Source: Candidatus Latescibacterota bacterium (lineage in GTDB: Bacteria; Latescibacterota; UBA2968; UBA8231). Taken from it: a DNA stretch of 64,000 nt. The position numbers were made by a program, and so were the translations under genes. Below are positions 56,342 to 64,000 of the stretch, piece after piece (position 1 is the stretch's first letter; every line of letters begins with the position of its first letter). Below the pieces are notes generated by a model. The model searched no databases. It was not told the DNA's origin and saw only the letters and a list, made by a program, of their open reading frames with translations. The stretch covers positions 32,001 to 96,000 of the forward strand of contig CBDCSU010000004.1 of the NCBI GenBank assembly GCA_965221775.1, in the 5' to 3' direction.

Positions 56342-57868
56342 TCAGATCCGCGCCGGCGCCAGGGTCCAGGCCTGCAGCGAACTCACCCTCGCCCTGCCCC
56401 CGCGCACGAAGAGGCTGATGCCGGTGCTGTCTCTCCGCGTCGGATAGATGCGCTGGGTCACGCACTGCCGGCGGTTGGCGAAGACCTCGAGGATGGAGCG
56501 ATCGAGGAAGATTCTCAGGGTCAGCGGCTCCCCCCGGGCCAGCTCCAACGGCCCTTCCTGGGCGGTGACGTACTCGTCGCTCCCGGCCAGGCGCGGCTGC
56601 GGCTTGCGGTAGCGGGTGTAGCGGATCCCCCGGTCGAGTGTCGACCGGCTGACGTCGACCCGAAGCACCGCCGCTTTCGAGTCCCAGGAGAGGGCGGTCT
56701 CCTCCTCGCCTCCCGGGGCGCGCCGCACCTTCAGGCCCACCTCTCGCGCCTCCCGGGGATCGATCTCGACGGCCAGCTCCAGGCAGTCGCCGCCGATCCC
56801 CTCGACGGGCACCTCGGAATCGGCGGCCAGGTCGATGGACCCCGGCCGGCGGTGATCGAGGCGCAGCACCTCCAGCTCCGGGACGGGATCGATCTGCAGA
56901 CCGCCGCCCGGCCCCAGGGACAACACCCGGGGAGCGGTCATGACCCCGGACCAACCGGATGCGCGCTCCGCCTCGACGCCGCGCAGCTCGCGGATCCAGT
57001 CGAGGAAGACGCGCCGGCCTCCGGCGTCCAGCAGGGTGCGGGGACCGCCGAGATGACCGCCTTCCCAGCTCATGCGTCCGTGGACGTCCGGCAGGAACCG
57101 CTCCCCCCGGAGCCGGCCGATGTAGTACTGGGTTCCCTGCAGGTGGCTGCAGAACACCAGCATGTGCCGGTCGCCGAGGGGGAAGAAGTCCGGCACGGCG
57201 CAGTCCTCACCTCCTTCCGTCCACTCCCGCCGCGACTCGTAGAGCTGGCCGGCGAACTCCCAGCTCCGCAGGTCCCCGGACCGGAAGAGGTACGCCGCGT
57301 CCCCCTGGCCTTCAGGGTCGCGCTTGTTGACCGCGGCGTAGTAGAGGCCGCCCTCCCGCCAGCCGCAGGGGTCGTGGATGGTGTAGCGTCCGAAGTCGGC
57401 GCTGCCTTCGGCCGGCTGGGGGATCACCGGATTGTCCGGGTCCCGGGTCCACTCGATCAGCAGATCGTCGCGGCTGCGGGCGAGACACAGGCCGCCGGGG
57501 TTGCCGTAGTAGATCAGCGTCGGCACCCCTTCCGCATCGACCAGGGCGCCGCCGCTGAAGCAGCCGATGCGGTCCGGGCCGTCCGCTTGCGGCGTCAGCG
57601 CCACCGGATGGTGGACCCAGTGCACGAGGTCGGCGCTCGACGCGTGGCCCCACTGGATCCGGTTCCAGTAGGCGCCCTCGGGGTTGAGCTGGTAGAAGAT
57701 GTGGTAGCGCCCCTTCCAGTAGAGGGCCCCGTTGATGTCGTTCATCCAGGCCGCCGGCGGTGTGAAGTGCCAGGCCGGCCGGTGCGGATCGCGGGCGAAG
57801 CCGGCGGCGAGGTCGGCCGCCTCCCGGATGCGCGCCTCCATCTGCTCTATCCGGTCTTCGGAAGTCAT
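56342..57868 (-). CDS. glycoside hydrolase family 32 protein with non-canonical motifs
   Basis: WMNDING, YHIFYQ, WGHASS.DLVHW, FSGGA, HDP, CAVPDFF, LRIFLDRSILEVF. Confidence 0.88.
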   Translation of the reverse strand: MTSEDRIEQMEARIREAADLAAGFARDPHRPAWHFTPPAAWMNDINGALYWKGRYHIFYQLNPEGAYWNRIQWGHASSADLVHWVHHPVALTPQADGPDRIGCFSGGALVDAEGVPTLIYYGNPGGLCLARSRDDLLIEWTRDPDNPVIPQPAEGSADFGRYTIHDPCGWREGGLYYAAVNKRDPEGQGDAAYLFRSGDLRSWEFAGQLYESRREWTEGGEDCAVPDFFPLGDRHMLVFCSHLQGTQYYIGRLRGERFLPDVHGRMSWEGGHLGGPRTLLDAGGRRVFLDWIRELRGVEAERASGWSGVMTAPRVLSLGPGGGLQIDPVPELEVLRLDHRRPGSIDLAADSEVPVEGIGGDCLELAVEIDPREAREVGLKVRRAPGGEEETALSWDSKAAVLRVDVSRSTLDRGIRYTRYRKPQPRLAGSDEYVTAQEGPLELARGEPLTLRIFLDRSILEVFANRRQCVTQRIYPTRRDSTGISLFVRGGRARVSSLQAWTLAPARI

Positions 57869-58042
57869 GGTGCCTCTCGTGGGTGAAGGACGTCACTGTG
57901 GCCGAGGGAACGGACCCCCGGAATCCTCCGTCCCTATGTTATGTGCGGCCGGCCCGGGAGGCAGCGGTGTTCGGCGAGGACATCCTCCGCGACGAGAGCA
58001 CCCACTCGGAGAGAGGGAGCGCATCCTGCGCGACTGGCCCCT

Positions 58043-59407
58043 GTGACGATCGAGGACCCCGCGGACGGGGACAGCATCGAAGGGCGGATCGACGAGTGGC
58101 GCGCCCGCGTGGGGGCAGGTATCCCCGCCTCCGAGCTGGAGGAGCACGAGCGCCGCCTCCGGGAAGAGGTGTCCTGCCTCGAGCAGGCCGGCCTCGACAC
58201 CGACGAAGCCTTCCTGGTGGCGGTCCGGCGGATCGGCCGCCTCGACCCGGAGTCCGGGCGGTTCGCGCCGGCCGACGCGGGCGGCCTGTGGAAGCAGCTC
58301 GTCGCCCGCCCCGCGGCCGGGGAATCCCGGACCTCGAAACGCGAGATCCTCATCGTCCTCGGCCTCGCCGCGGCGTCCGCGGTTGCGGTGAAGGTCCCCG
58401 AGCTGTTCGGCTGCCGCATGTTCGACGGTTGCGAGAGCTTCCACGCCCGCAACCTCAGCCTGTTCTGCCTGCCGCTGCTGACCGCGTACTTCGTCTGGAG
58501 CCGCGGGCTGGATGCGGGGGCGGTCCTCAGGCTGGCCCTGCCCTTCGCCGCGGCGGCTCTCTTCGCCAACCTCTACCCCTTCGTGCCCGGCGGCTCCACC
58601 GAGGCGCTCACGGCCCTGCACCTGCCCATCGCCCTGTGGCTGGTGGTCGGGGTCGCCCACGCCGGCGGGGGCTGGGCCTCCTCCCGCCGGCGCATGGAGT
58701 TCGTGCGGTTCTCCGGCGAGCTGTTCATCCTCTACGTGCTCATCGCCCTCGGCGGCGGCGTCCTGACCGGGGTCACGGGGATGATGTTCGCCGCCATCGG
58801 TATCGACGTGGAGAGGTGGGGGCCGCTGCTGCTGCCGAGCGCGGCCCTGGGGGCGGTCGTCGTCGCCGCCTGGCTGGCGGAGGTCAGGCAGGAGGCCGCG
58901 GCGAACATCGCTCCGCTGCTGACGCGCATCTTCACACCGCTCTTCGCCGCGGTCCTGCTCGCCTTCCTCGGAGCGATGGCCTGGACCGACAGCGGCCTCG
59001 TCGAGGCGCGGGAAGTACTGATCGGCTTCGACCTGCTGTTGGCGCTGGTTCTCGGCCTGCTGCTCTACGGGGTCTCGTCGCGCGATTCCGGAGCGCCTCC
59101 CGGCCTCTTCGACCTGGTTCAGCTGCTGCTGTTGCTGGCCGCCCTCGCGGCGGACGCGGTCGCCCTGGCGGCGATCGGGGCGCGCATCTCCGAGTTCGGC
59201 TTCAGCGCCAACAAGGCGGCGGCCCTCGGCGAGAACCTCGTGCTGCTCGTCAACCTCGCCGGGTCCGCCTGGCTCTACGCGCGGTTCCTGCGAGGCCGCG
59301 GTTCCTTCGCCGCCCTGGAGCGCTGGCAGACCGCCTACCTGCCGGTCTATGCTGTCTGGGCGGGTATCGTCGCCTTTATCTTCCCGCCGCTCTTCGGCTA
59401 CGGCTGA
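58043..59407 (+). CDS. permease-prefix-domain multi-pass membrane protein
   Basis: ELEEH..LREEV..L..AGL..DEAFLVAVRRIG followed by many TM helices. Confidence 0.8.
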   Translation: MTIEDPADGDSIEGRIDEWRARVGAGIPASELEEHERRLREEVSCLEQAGLDTDEAFLVAVRRIGRLDPESGRFAPADAGGLWKQLVARPAAGESRTSKREILIVLGLAAASAVAVKVPELFGCRMFDGCESFHARNLSLFCLPLLTAYFVWSRGLDAGAVLRLALPFAAAALFANLYPFVPGGSTEALTALHLPIALWLVVGVAHAGGGWASSRRRMEFVRFSGELFILYVLIALGGGVLTGVTGMMFAAIGIDVERWGPLLLPSAALGAVVVAAWLAEVRQEAAANIAPLLTRIFTPLFAAVLLAFLGAMAWTDSGLVEAREVLIGFDLLLALVLGLLLYGVSSRDSGAPPGLFDLVQLLLLLAALAADAVALAAIGARISEFGFSANKAAALGENLVLLVNLAGSAWLYARFLRGRGSFAALERWQTAYLPVYAVWAGIVAFIFPPLFGYG

Positions 59408-59489
59408 GCCCGAGGCCTCGCCCAGCCCGGGGGGGCATCCGCCCGCCGGCGGCACCATCCTCCGTCTCTACACCAGCGAGGGTCAGACC

Positions 59490-60329
59490 ATGAGCGACAT
59501 CAACGAAATCGGCGCCACCGCATTCGTCATCGCCTCCATCCGGTCGATGGAGTCCGGGCAGTCCCGGCCCCTCTTCAGCGACCCGTACGCGGAGTGGTTC
59601 TCCAACGAGCCGGCCCTGGCCGCCGCCCGGCAGCTGGACGCCGTCTTTCCCCCCTCCACCAACATGGTCCGCTTCCGCACACGTTTCTTCAACGGCTTCA
59701 TCGAGAGCGGCCTCGAGGCGGGGGCCCGCCAGGTCGTCCTCCTCGGGGGCGGCTTCGACATGCGCGCCCACCTCTACGGCGGCACCGGCGCCGCCTTCTT
59801 CGAGGTCGACCAGCAGGCCGTCCTCGACTTCAAGGGCGCCGTCCTCGGCCGCCACGGCATCCAGCCGCCGCCGTCGCTGCCCGGCAACTATCTCGAGGCC
59901 GACGTCCCCGGGGGACTGGCCGGCGCCGGCTTCGATCCCGCGGCCCCGACCCTGATCGTCTGGGAAGGCAACACCATGTACCTGCCTCCCGAGACGATCA
60001 TGCCCTTCCTCAACCGCCTCGCCGGGGCCGTCTCCTCCTTCCGCATCGCCTTCGACTACTTCGCCGTCGACCTGCAGAGCCGCGACTTCGAGACCGAGGC
60101 GGACCGCCGGAGACTCGAGGGCGTGGAGAAGGCGATGGGCGCCTCCTTCCCCACCGGGTTCCCCGACCTCGGCGTCTTCGAGAACCAGACGCCCCTCACG
60201 GTGGCCGAGTCCGGGACCTTCGCCGACCTGGGTGAGGAGTACGGACTGGGCGCCATGGTGGCCGCCTACCCGGAGGACTGGCGGGAGACGCTCAAGCTCT
60301 ACCGGTACTGCGTGCTGGCCAAGGGTTAG
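59490..60329 (+). CDS. SAM-dependent methyltransferase (LCM/ML2640 family)
   Basis: TAFVIA..R, FSDPYA, RTRFF, QVVLLGGGFDMR, FEVDQ, WEGNTMYL. Confidence 0.9.
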   Translation: MSDINEIGATAFVIASIRSMESGQSRPLFSDPYAEWFSNEPALAAARQLDAVFPPSTNMVRFRTRFFNGFIESGLEAGARQVVLLGGGFDMRAHLYGGTGAAFFEVDQQAVLDFKGAVLGRHGIQPPPSLPGNYLEADVPGGLAGAGFDPAAPTLIVWEGNTMYLPPETIMPFLNRLAGAVSSFRIAFDYFAVDLQSRDFETEADRRRLEGVEKAMGASFPTGFPDLGVFENQTPLTVAESGTFADLGEEYGLGAMVAAYPEDWRETLKLYRYCVLAKG

Positions 60330-60365
60330 GCGATCCCCCGGGCGCCACGGCCGAGCGACCAGCGG

Positions 60366-60463
60366 CCGGCCGCCCTCGGGGAGAACCTCGTCCTCCTCGT
60401 CAACCTGGGCTGGTTCGCCTGGTTCTACGTGCGCTTCCCGCCCCTGTTCGGTAACGGCTGAGC
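60366..60463 (+). pseudogene. relic copy of the 3' end of the 58043-59407 membrane-protein gene
   Basis: encodes AALGENLVLLVNLGWFAWFYVRF/PPLFGNG* versus AALGENLVLLVNLAGSAWLYARF...PPLFGYG*. Confidence 0.8.
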
Positions 60464-60465
60464 CG

Positions 60466-61242
60466 TCAATCCGGCTGCACGATGAAGCGGGCCAGCTCCC
60501 TGCCGCGCGGGGACAGGGTCTCGTAGAGCTCTCGCGGCAGCGACGGACTCAGATCGGGCAGGCGGAACCACGGCGCCAGGTACCCGACGCTGGTCATCGG
60601 CCGGATCTCGTCGGATTGATTGGCCGTGCCCCCGTGCCAGCATCGCACGTCCCGGATGACCGCCGTTCCGGCGGGGGCACAGAGGATCGACTCCTTCATG
60701 CGCGCCGGCTCTTCCTCCATCGCCGGCACCGGCTGGCGGGTGCGGTGGGTTCCCGGCACGAACCGGATGGCGCCGTTGATCCTCCTGAACTCGACCATCA
60801 GGAAGTTCACGACGATGTACGGCGTCGGCACGTCGTGGAGCGTCACCTGCCCCAGCGGATCGTCGAGGAGATCCCGGATATCGGCGTGCAGGTGCTGCTC
60901 CTTCGCGCCGGGAGCCGAGTAGTCGCCGCCGCCGCCGGAACAGATGAAGTCGGGACTCCTCCAGATCGCCTCCACGATGGGGAGGATGGCCGGCAGGTCG
61001 ATGAGCTGCACCCATTCCGGGTGGTGCAGCTGCGGCCCGAAGGAGTAGCGGGCATGGCCCCGGTTGGCGCTCTCGAGGGGGACCTCCGCCATCTGCCGCG
61101 CGATGACGCGGGAGGCGCCCGCCCGGGCGAACTCGAGCTGGTCGGGGCTGAGCGCATCCGAGATGGGGACGAACCCGTCCCGGTGGAAGACGGCAGCCGC
61201 CCTGTCGACCTCCGAGGAACCGAGGATCTCGACATCGAGCAT
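60466..61242 (-). CDS. phytanoyl-CoA dioxygenase (PhyH) family protein
   Basis: FHRDGFV, QHLHAD, NGAIRFVPGTH, RDVRCWHGGTAN. Confidence 0.9.
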   Translation of the reverse strand: MLDVEILGSSEVDRAAAVFHRDGFVPISDALSPDQLEFARAGASRVIARQMAEVPLESANRGHARYSFGPQLHHPEWVQLIDLPAILPIVEAIWRSPDFICSGGGGDYSAPGAKEQHLHADIRDLLDDPLGQVTLHDVPTPYIVVNFLMVEFRRINGAIRFVPGTHRTRQPVPAMEEEPARMKESILCAPAGTAVIRDVRCWHGGTANQSDEIRPMTSVGYLAPWFRLPDLSPSLPRELYETLSPRGRELARFIVQPD

Positions 61243-61378
61243 GAGGACAATCCCTTCTCCGGGTCCCGGGCCCCGGCCCGTGGTCGCGGCTCCCCTCAGT
61301 CCTGGCCGATATAGTATAGCTTGAGCTTCGATTCCCCGGCGCCGATCCGCGCCTCCTCGAACCTCACCGGAGGGCCAC

Positions 61379-62644
61379 ATGTCCAACCACGAACGGGTGG
61401 GCGACAACGTCACCCGCCAGACCCACATCGCCCACGACGGGCGCCACGCCTTCTACGCCGGGGGGCAGACCTACGCCGGCGCCGGGGGCTCGGCGATTCT
61501 GGAGATGGTCACCACGGAGATGCTCCACTGGGTGACCCACGACGACGGCCGCACCACCCTCGACGCCTGCTACGACGGCACCTGGGTGCGCCGGTCCGAG
61601 GACAACGGCGCCACCTGGGAGGACGTGGAGGCCAAGGCGGCCTTCGATACGACCGTGGAAGGGGAGCAGCTCCTGCCCTGCGGCATGAGCCTCGACGAGA
61701 GGACCGACACCCTGGTGCGGTTCTACCGGGGGCAGAAGGCCGACAAGAGCTGCTACGGATACATCAACCAGGGCGCCTACCGGGTGTTCTACGCGATCTC
61801 GAAGGACCAGGGCGCCACCTGGAGCGATGTCATGCCGATCGTCGACCGCCGGCGCGGATTCGACGAGGAGCGCTGGGGCCCGGAGTTCGACTACGGGACC
61901 CGCGGCGCCATCCTCAACGGCGCCGCCTGCCGGTGGATGGACGACGGCTCCCTCATGGCCCCCTTCACCGGGTACGAGCGCCTCGACGGGACCCGGCCCT
62001 GGGACTTCCGCGTCATCTGCGCCCGGGGCGAGTGGAACGCCGGCCGCACCGCCCTCGAGTGGGAGTTCGGCAGCTACTTCGAGGTCGGCCCCGACCGGTC
62101 GACGGCGGGCTGCTGCGAGCCCTCCATCGCCTCCCTCGGCGGCGACCGCCTGTTCATGACCACCCGCTGCCAGGGGGGCGAGGCCCAAGGTCTGCACTCC
62201 ATCCGCTACACCGCCCTCTCCGAGGACGGGGGCATGACCTGGTCGGACCCGGAGCCCCTCCTCTACGACGACGGCTCGCCGGTGCACACGCCGGCCTCCT
62301 CCTCCGACTTCGTCACCACCTCCACGGGCCGGACCTGGTGGCTGGGCAACATCCTCGAGGCGCCGGTCTTCGCCCAGACGCCGCGCTACCCGCTCAAGCT
62401 GGCCCTCTTCGACCCCGGCCGCGCCTGCCTGGTGAGGGACTCGGTGCGCCTGATCCAGGACCGCCCCGAGGGGGCCCACGAGCTGGTGAGGTACACCAAC
62501 TTCGGCAGCTACGAAGAGAGGGGCACCGGCCGCCTCGTCGTCACCCTGCCCGAGCAGTACCGCTACAAGGGCTGGGACGAGATGGAGAAGCCGGAGGACT
62601 TCGCCGCCGACTGCATCAAGTACACGGTGGACCTGGAGGAGTAG
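61379..62644 (+). CDS. sialidase-like BNR/Asp-box beta-propeller protein
   Basis: Asp boxes SEDNGATW, SKDQGATW, SEDGGMTW; CEPSI; PRYPL. Confidence 0.8.
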   Translation: MSNHERVGDNVTRQTHIAHDGRHAFYAGGQTYAGAGGSAILEMVTTEMLHWVTHDDGRTTLDACYDGTWVRRSEDNGATWEDVEAKAAFDTTVEGEQLLPCGMSLDERTDTLVRFYRGQKADKSCYGYINQGAYRVFYAISKDQGATWSDVMPIVDRRRGFDEERWGPEFDYGTRGAILNGAACRWMDDGSLMAPFTGYERLDGTRPWDFRVICARGEWNAGRTALEWEFGSYFEVGPDRSTAGCCEPSIASLGGDRLFMTTRCQGGEAQGLHSIRYTALSEDGGMTWSDPEPLLYDDGSPVHTPASSSDFVTTSTGRTWWLGNILEAPVFAQTPRYPLKLALFDPGRACLVRDSVRLIQDRPEGAHELVRYTNFGSYEERGTGRLVVTLPEQYRYKGWDEMEKPEDFAADCIKYTVDLEE

Positions 62645-62680
62645 AGGCGCGGCCCGTCCGGCGGTGGGCGGCGGTGCCAC

Positions 62681-62726
62681 TTGCCATCGGTATACCAATA
62701 GGTTATAAACCAAATGGTTTATAACC
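62681..62726 (+). promoter_or_regulatory. sigma70 promoter with perfect palindromic operator
   Basis: TTGCCA-N17-TATAAA; GGTTATAAACCA-aa-TGGTTTATAACC (62701-62726) covers the -10 box and start site. Confidence 0.8.
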
Positions 62727-62744
62727 AGGCCTTCTTATCTGGGA

Positions 62745-63872
62745 GTGGATCCGATGCTGCCCTTCCGCACGGGCATGAAGGTGACGGGCAGGGAGTTCTG
62801 CGGCCGCCGCAACGAGGTCGCCCAGCTGCGGCAGTACATGCAGTCCGCCGGCCGTGTGTACGTGGTCGGCGAGCGGCGCATCGGCAAGACCTCGCTGATC
62901 TTCGAGGCCGGGCGCCGTCTCACGGGCCGGCGCCTGGTCTACGCCGACCTGATGGCGATCAAGTCGGTGTCGGACCTGTCCCAGCGGCTGGCCCAGGCCG
63001 TGGTCCAGGCCGAACGGCAGGAGTCCGGTGTCATGACCCTCCTCCGATCGCTGGCGGCCCTGCGACCGACGATCTCGGTGGATCCCGCCACCAACCTGCC
63101 CACGGTCGGCTTCGAGGCGGGCAGCGGCGACCGGCCGGAGACGCTGGACGGCATCTTCGCCTTGCTGGGCTCGTGGGAGGCCCCCGTCATCGTCCTCGAC
63201 GAGTTCCAGGACATCCTCTCCCTTCCCGCGGAAGAAGCGGTGGTGGCGAGACTTCGCGGACTCGTGCAACAGCAGGAAGGCCCGGCCTTCGTGTTCTGCG
63301 GCAGTCAGCGGCGGGCCATGGAGACGATCTTCACCGACCGCGGCTCCCCGTTCTTCCACGCCGCCATGCGCCTGCACGTGGGGCCCATCGAGCGGCGCAG
63401 CTTCCGCCGCTTCCTGGAGCGCAAGTTCCTCGCGGCGGAGCGCCGCCTGGAGGCCGGGCTTCTGGACATCATCCTGGACGCATGCCACGACAACCCGGGG
63501 GACACGCAGCGCTTCTGCACCGCCCTCTGGCAGGTGACGGGCGCCGGGCAGGTCATCTCCCGGGACGACCTGGCGGCGGCCTGGAGCGCGATCTACGCCA
63601 TGCAGAGCGACCAGTACGAGTTGGTGATGCAGAGCCTGAGCCGCCAGCAGGCCGATGTCCTGCGAGCCCTGAGCCGGTCCGGGGGCGAGTCGAACCTGAG
63701 CCGGGACTTCGTGGCGAGCACGGGCATCCCTCTGCTGCCGTCCGTGGCCAAGGCCATGCAGGGTCTCGTGAGCAAGCGCATCGTGGCGAAGGTGGGTACG
63801 AGATACCGCGTCGCCGATCCCTTTCTGGGCGCCTGGCTGGCGCGCGAGGGCCGGGCGCCCTACACCCAGTAG
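62745..63872 (+). CDS. STAND-like/archaeal-type AAA ATPase with C-terminal winged helix
   Basis: FCGRRNE, GERRIGKTSL Walker A, VLDEFQ Walker B, CGS, YRVADPFLGAWL. Confidence 0.85.
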   Translation: MDPMLPFRTGMKVTGREFCGRRNEVAQLRQYMQSAGRVYVVGERRIGKTSLIFEAGRRLTGRRLVYADLMAIKSVSDLSQRLAQAVVQAERQESGVMTLLRSLAALRPTISVDPATNLPTVGFEAGSGDRPETLDGIFALLGSWEAPVIVLDEFQDILSLPAEEAVVARLRGLVQQQEGPAFVFCGSQRRAMETIFTDRGSPFFHAAMRLHVGPIERRSFRRFLERKFLAAERRLEAGLLDIILDACHDNPGDTQRFCTALWQVTGAGQVISRDDLAAAWSAIYAMQSDQYELVMQSLSRQQADVLRALSRSGGESNLSRDFVASTGIPLLPSVAKAMQGLVSKRIVAKVGTRYRVADPFLGAWLAREGRAPYTQ

Positions 63873-64000
63873 AGGCCGTGGCCCTGGGCGCCGGTGATGA
63901 CGTCGATGGCCAGCCAGAAGGCGATGACGGCGAACTGGCCGAGGATGAAGCCGAGGAAGAAGGGGCGCACCCGGCGCAGCAGGTTGGGGCCGCCGTAGCG
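63860..64000 (-). CDS. 3' end of a DUF6784/DUF6785-like membrane protein (partial)
   Basis: RYGGPNLLRRVRPFFLGFILGQFAVIAFWLAIDVITGAQGHGLYWV*. Confidence 0.7.
   Translation of the reverse strand, partial: RYGGPNLLRRVRPFFLGFILGQFAVIAFWLAIDVITGAQGHGLYWV

Overview
A very GC-rich (roughly 70%, estimated by eye) bacterial chromosomal window with about 55 credible CDSs and one tRNA. Most long ORFs in the supplied track are GC-rich shadow frames. The left end is housekeeping (nadB, guaA, tyrS, tRNA-Val(TAC)). The rest is a catabolic/accessory mosaic: aldo-keto reductases, nitrilase-family enzymes, sulfatases, PhyH dioxygenases, tandem enolase-superfamily paralogs, malate synthase, GH32/sialidase-like enzymes, ankyrin proteins, ABC exporters, an HNH nuclease and a ParE toxin-antitoxin pair. 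This gene mix plus a terminal DUF6784/6785-like membrane protein suggests a Latescibacterota/Poribacteria-like organism (inference only). Main observations: (1) a Rieske - cytochrome b6-type - octaheme HAO-family operon lacking the oxidative Tyr motif, followed by an HTTM/DCC1 fusion gene; (2) a probable leaderless leader-peptide attenuator upstream of tyrS with a clear terminator/antiterminator; (3) an unannotated 47-aa ORF heading a methyltransferase-ABC exporter operon, whose promoter motif is shared with two inverted, duplicated ABC-permease genes; (4) an ECF sigma cassette whose promoter motif can be read from two matching copies; (5) a 2107-aa internally duplicated sugar-binding/ankyrin/LamG protein and a GH127-like/ankyrin fusion. 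No CRISPR array, integrase, transposase or rRNA was found. All family assignments come from motif recognition, not database searches.
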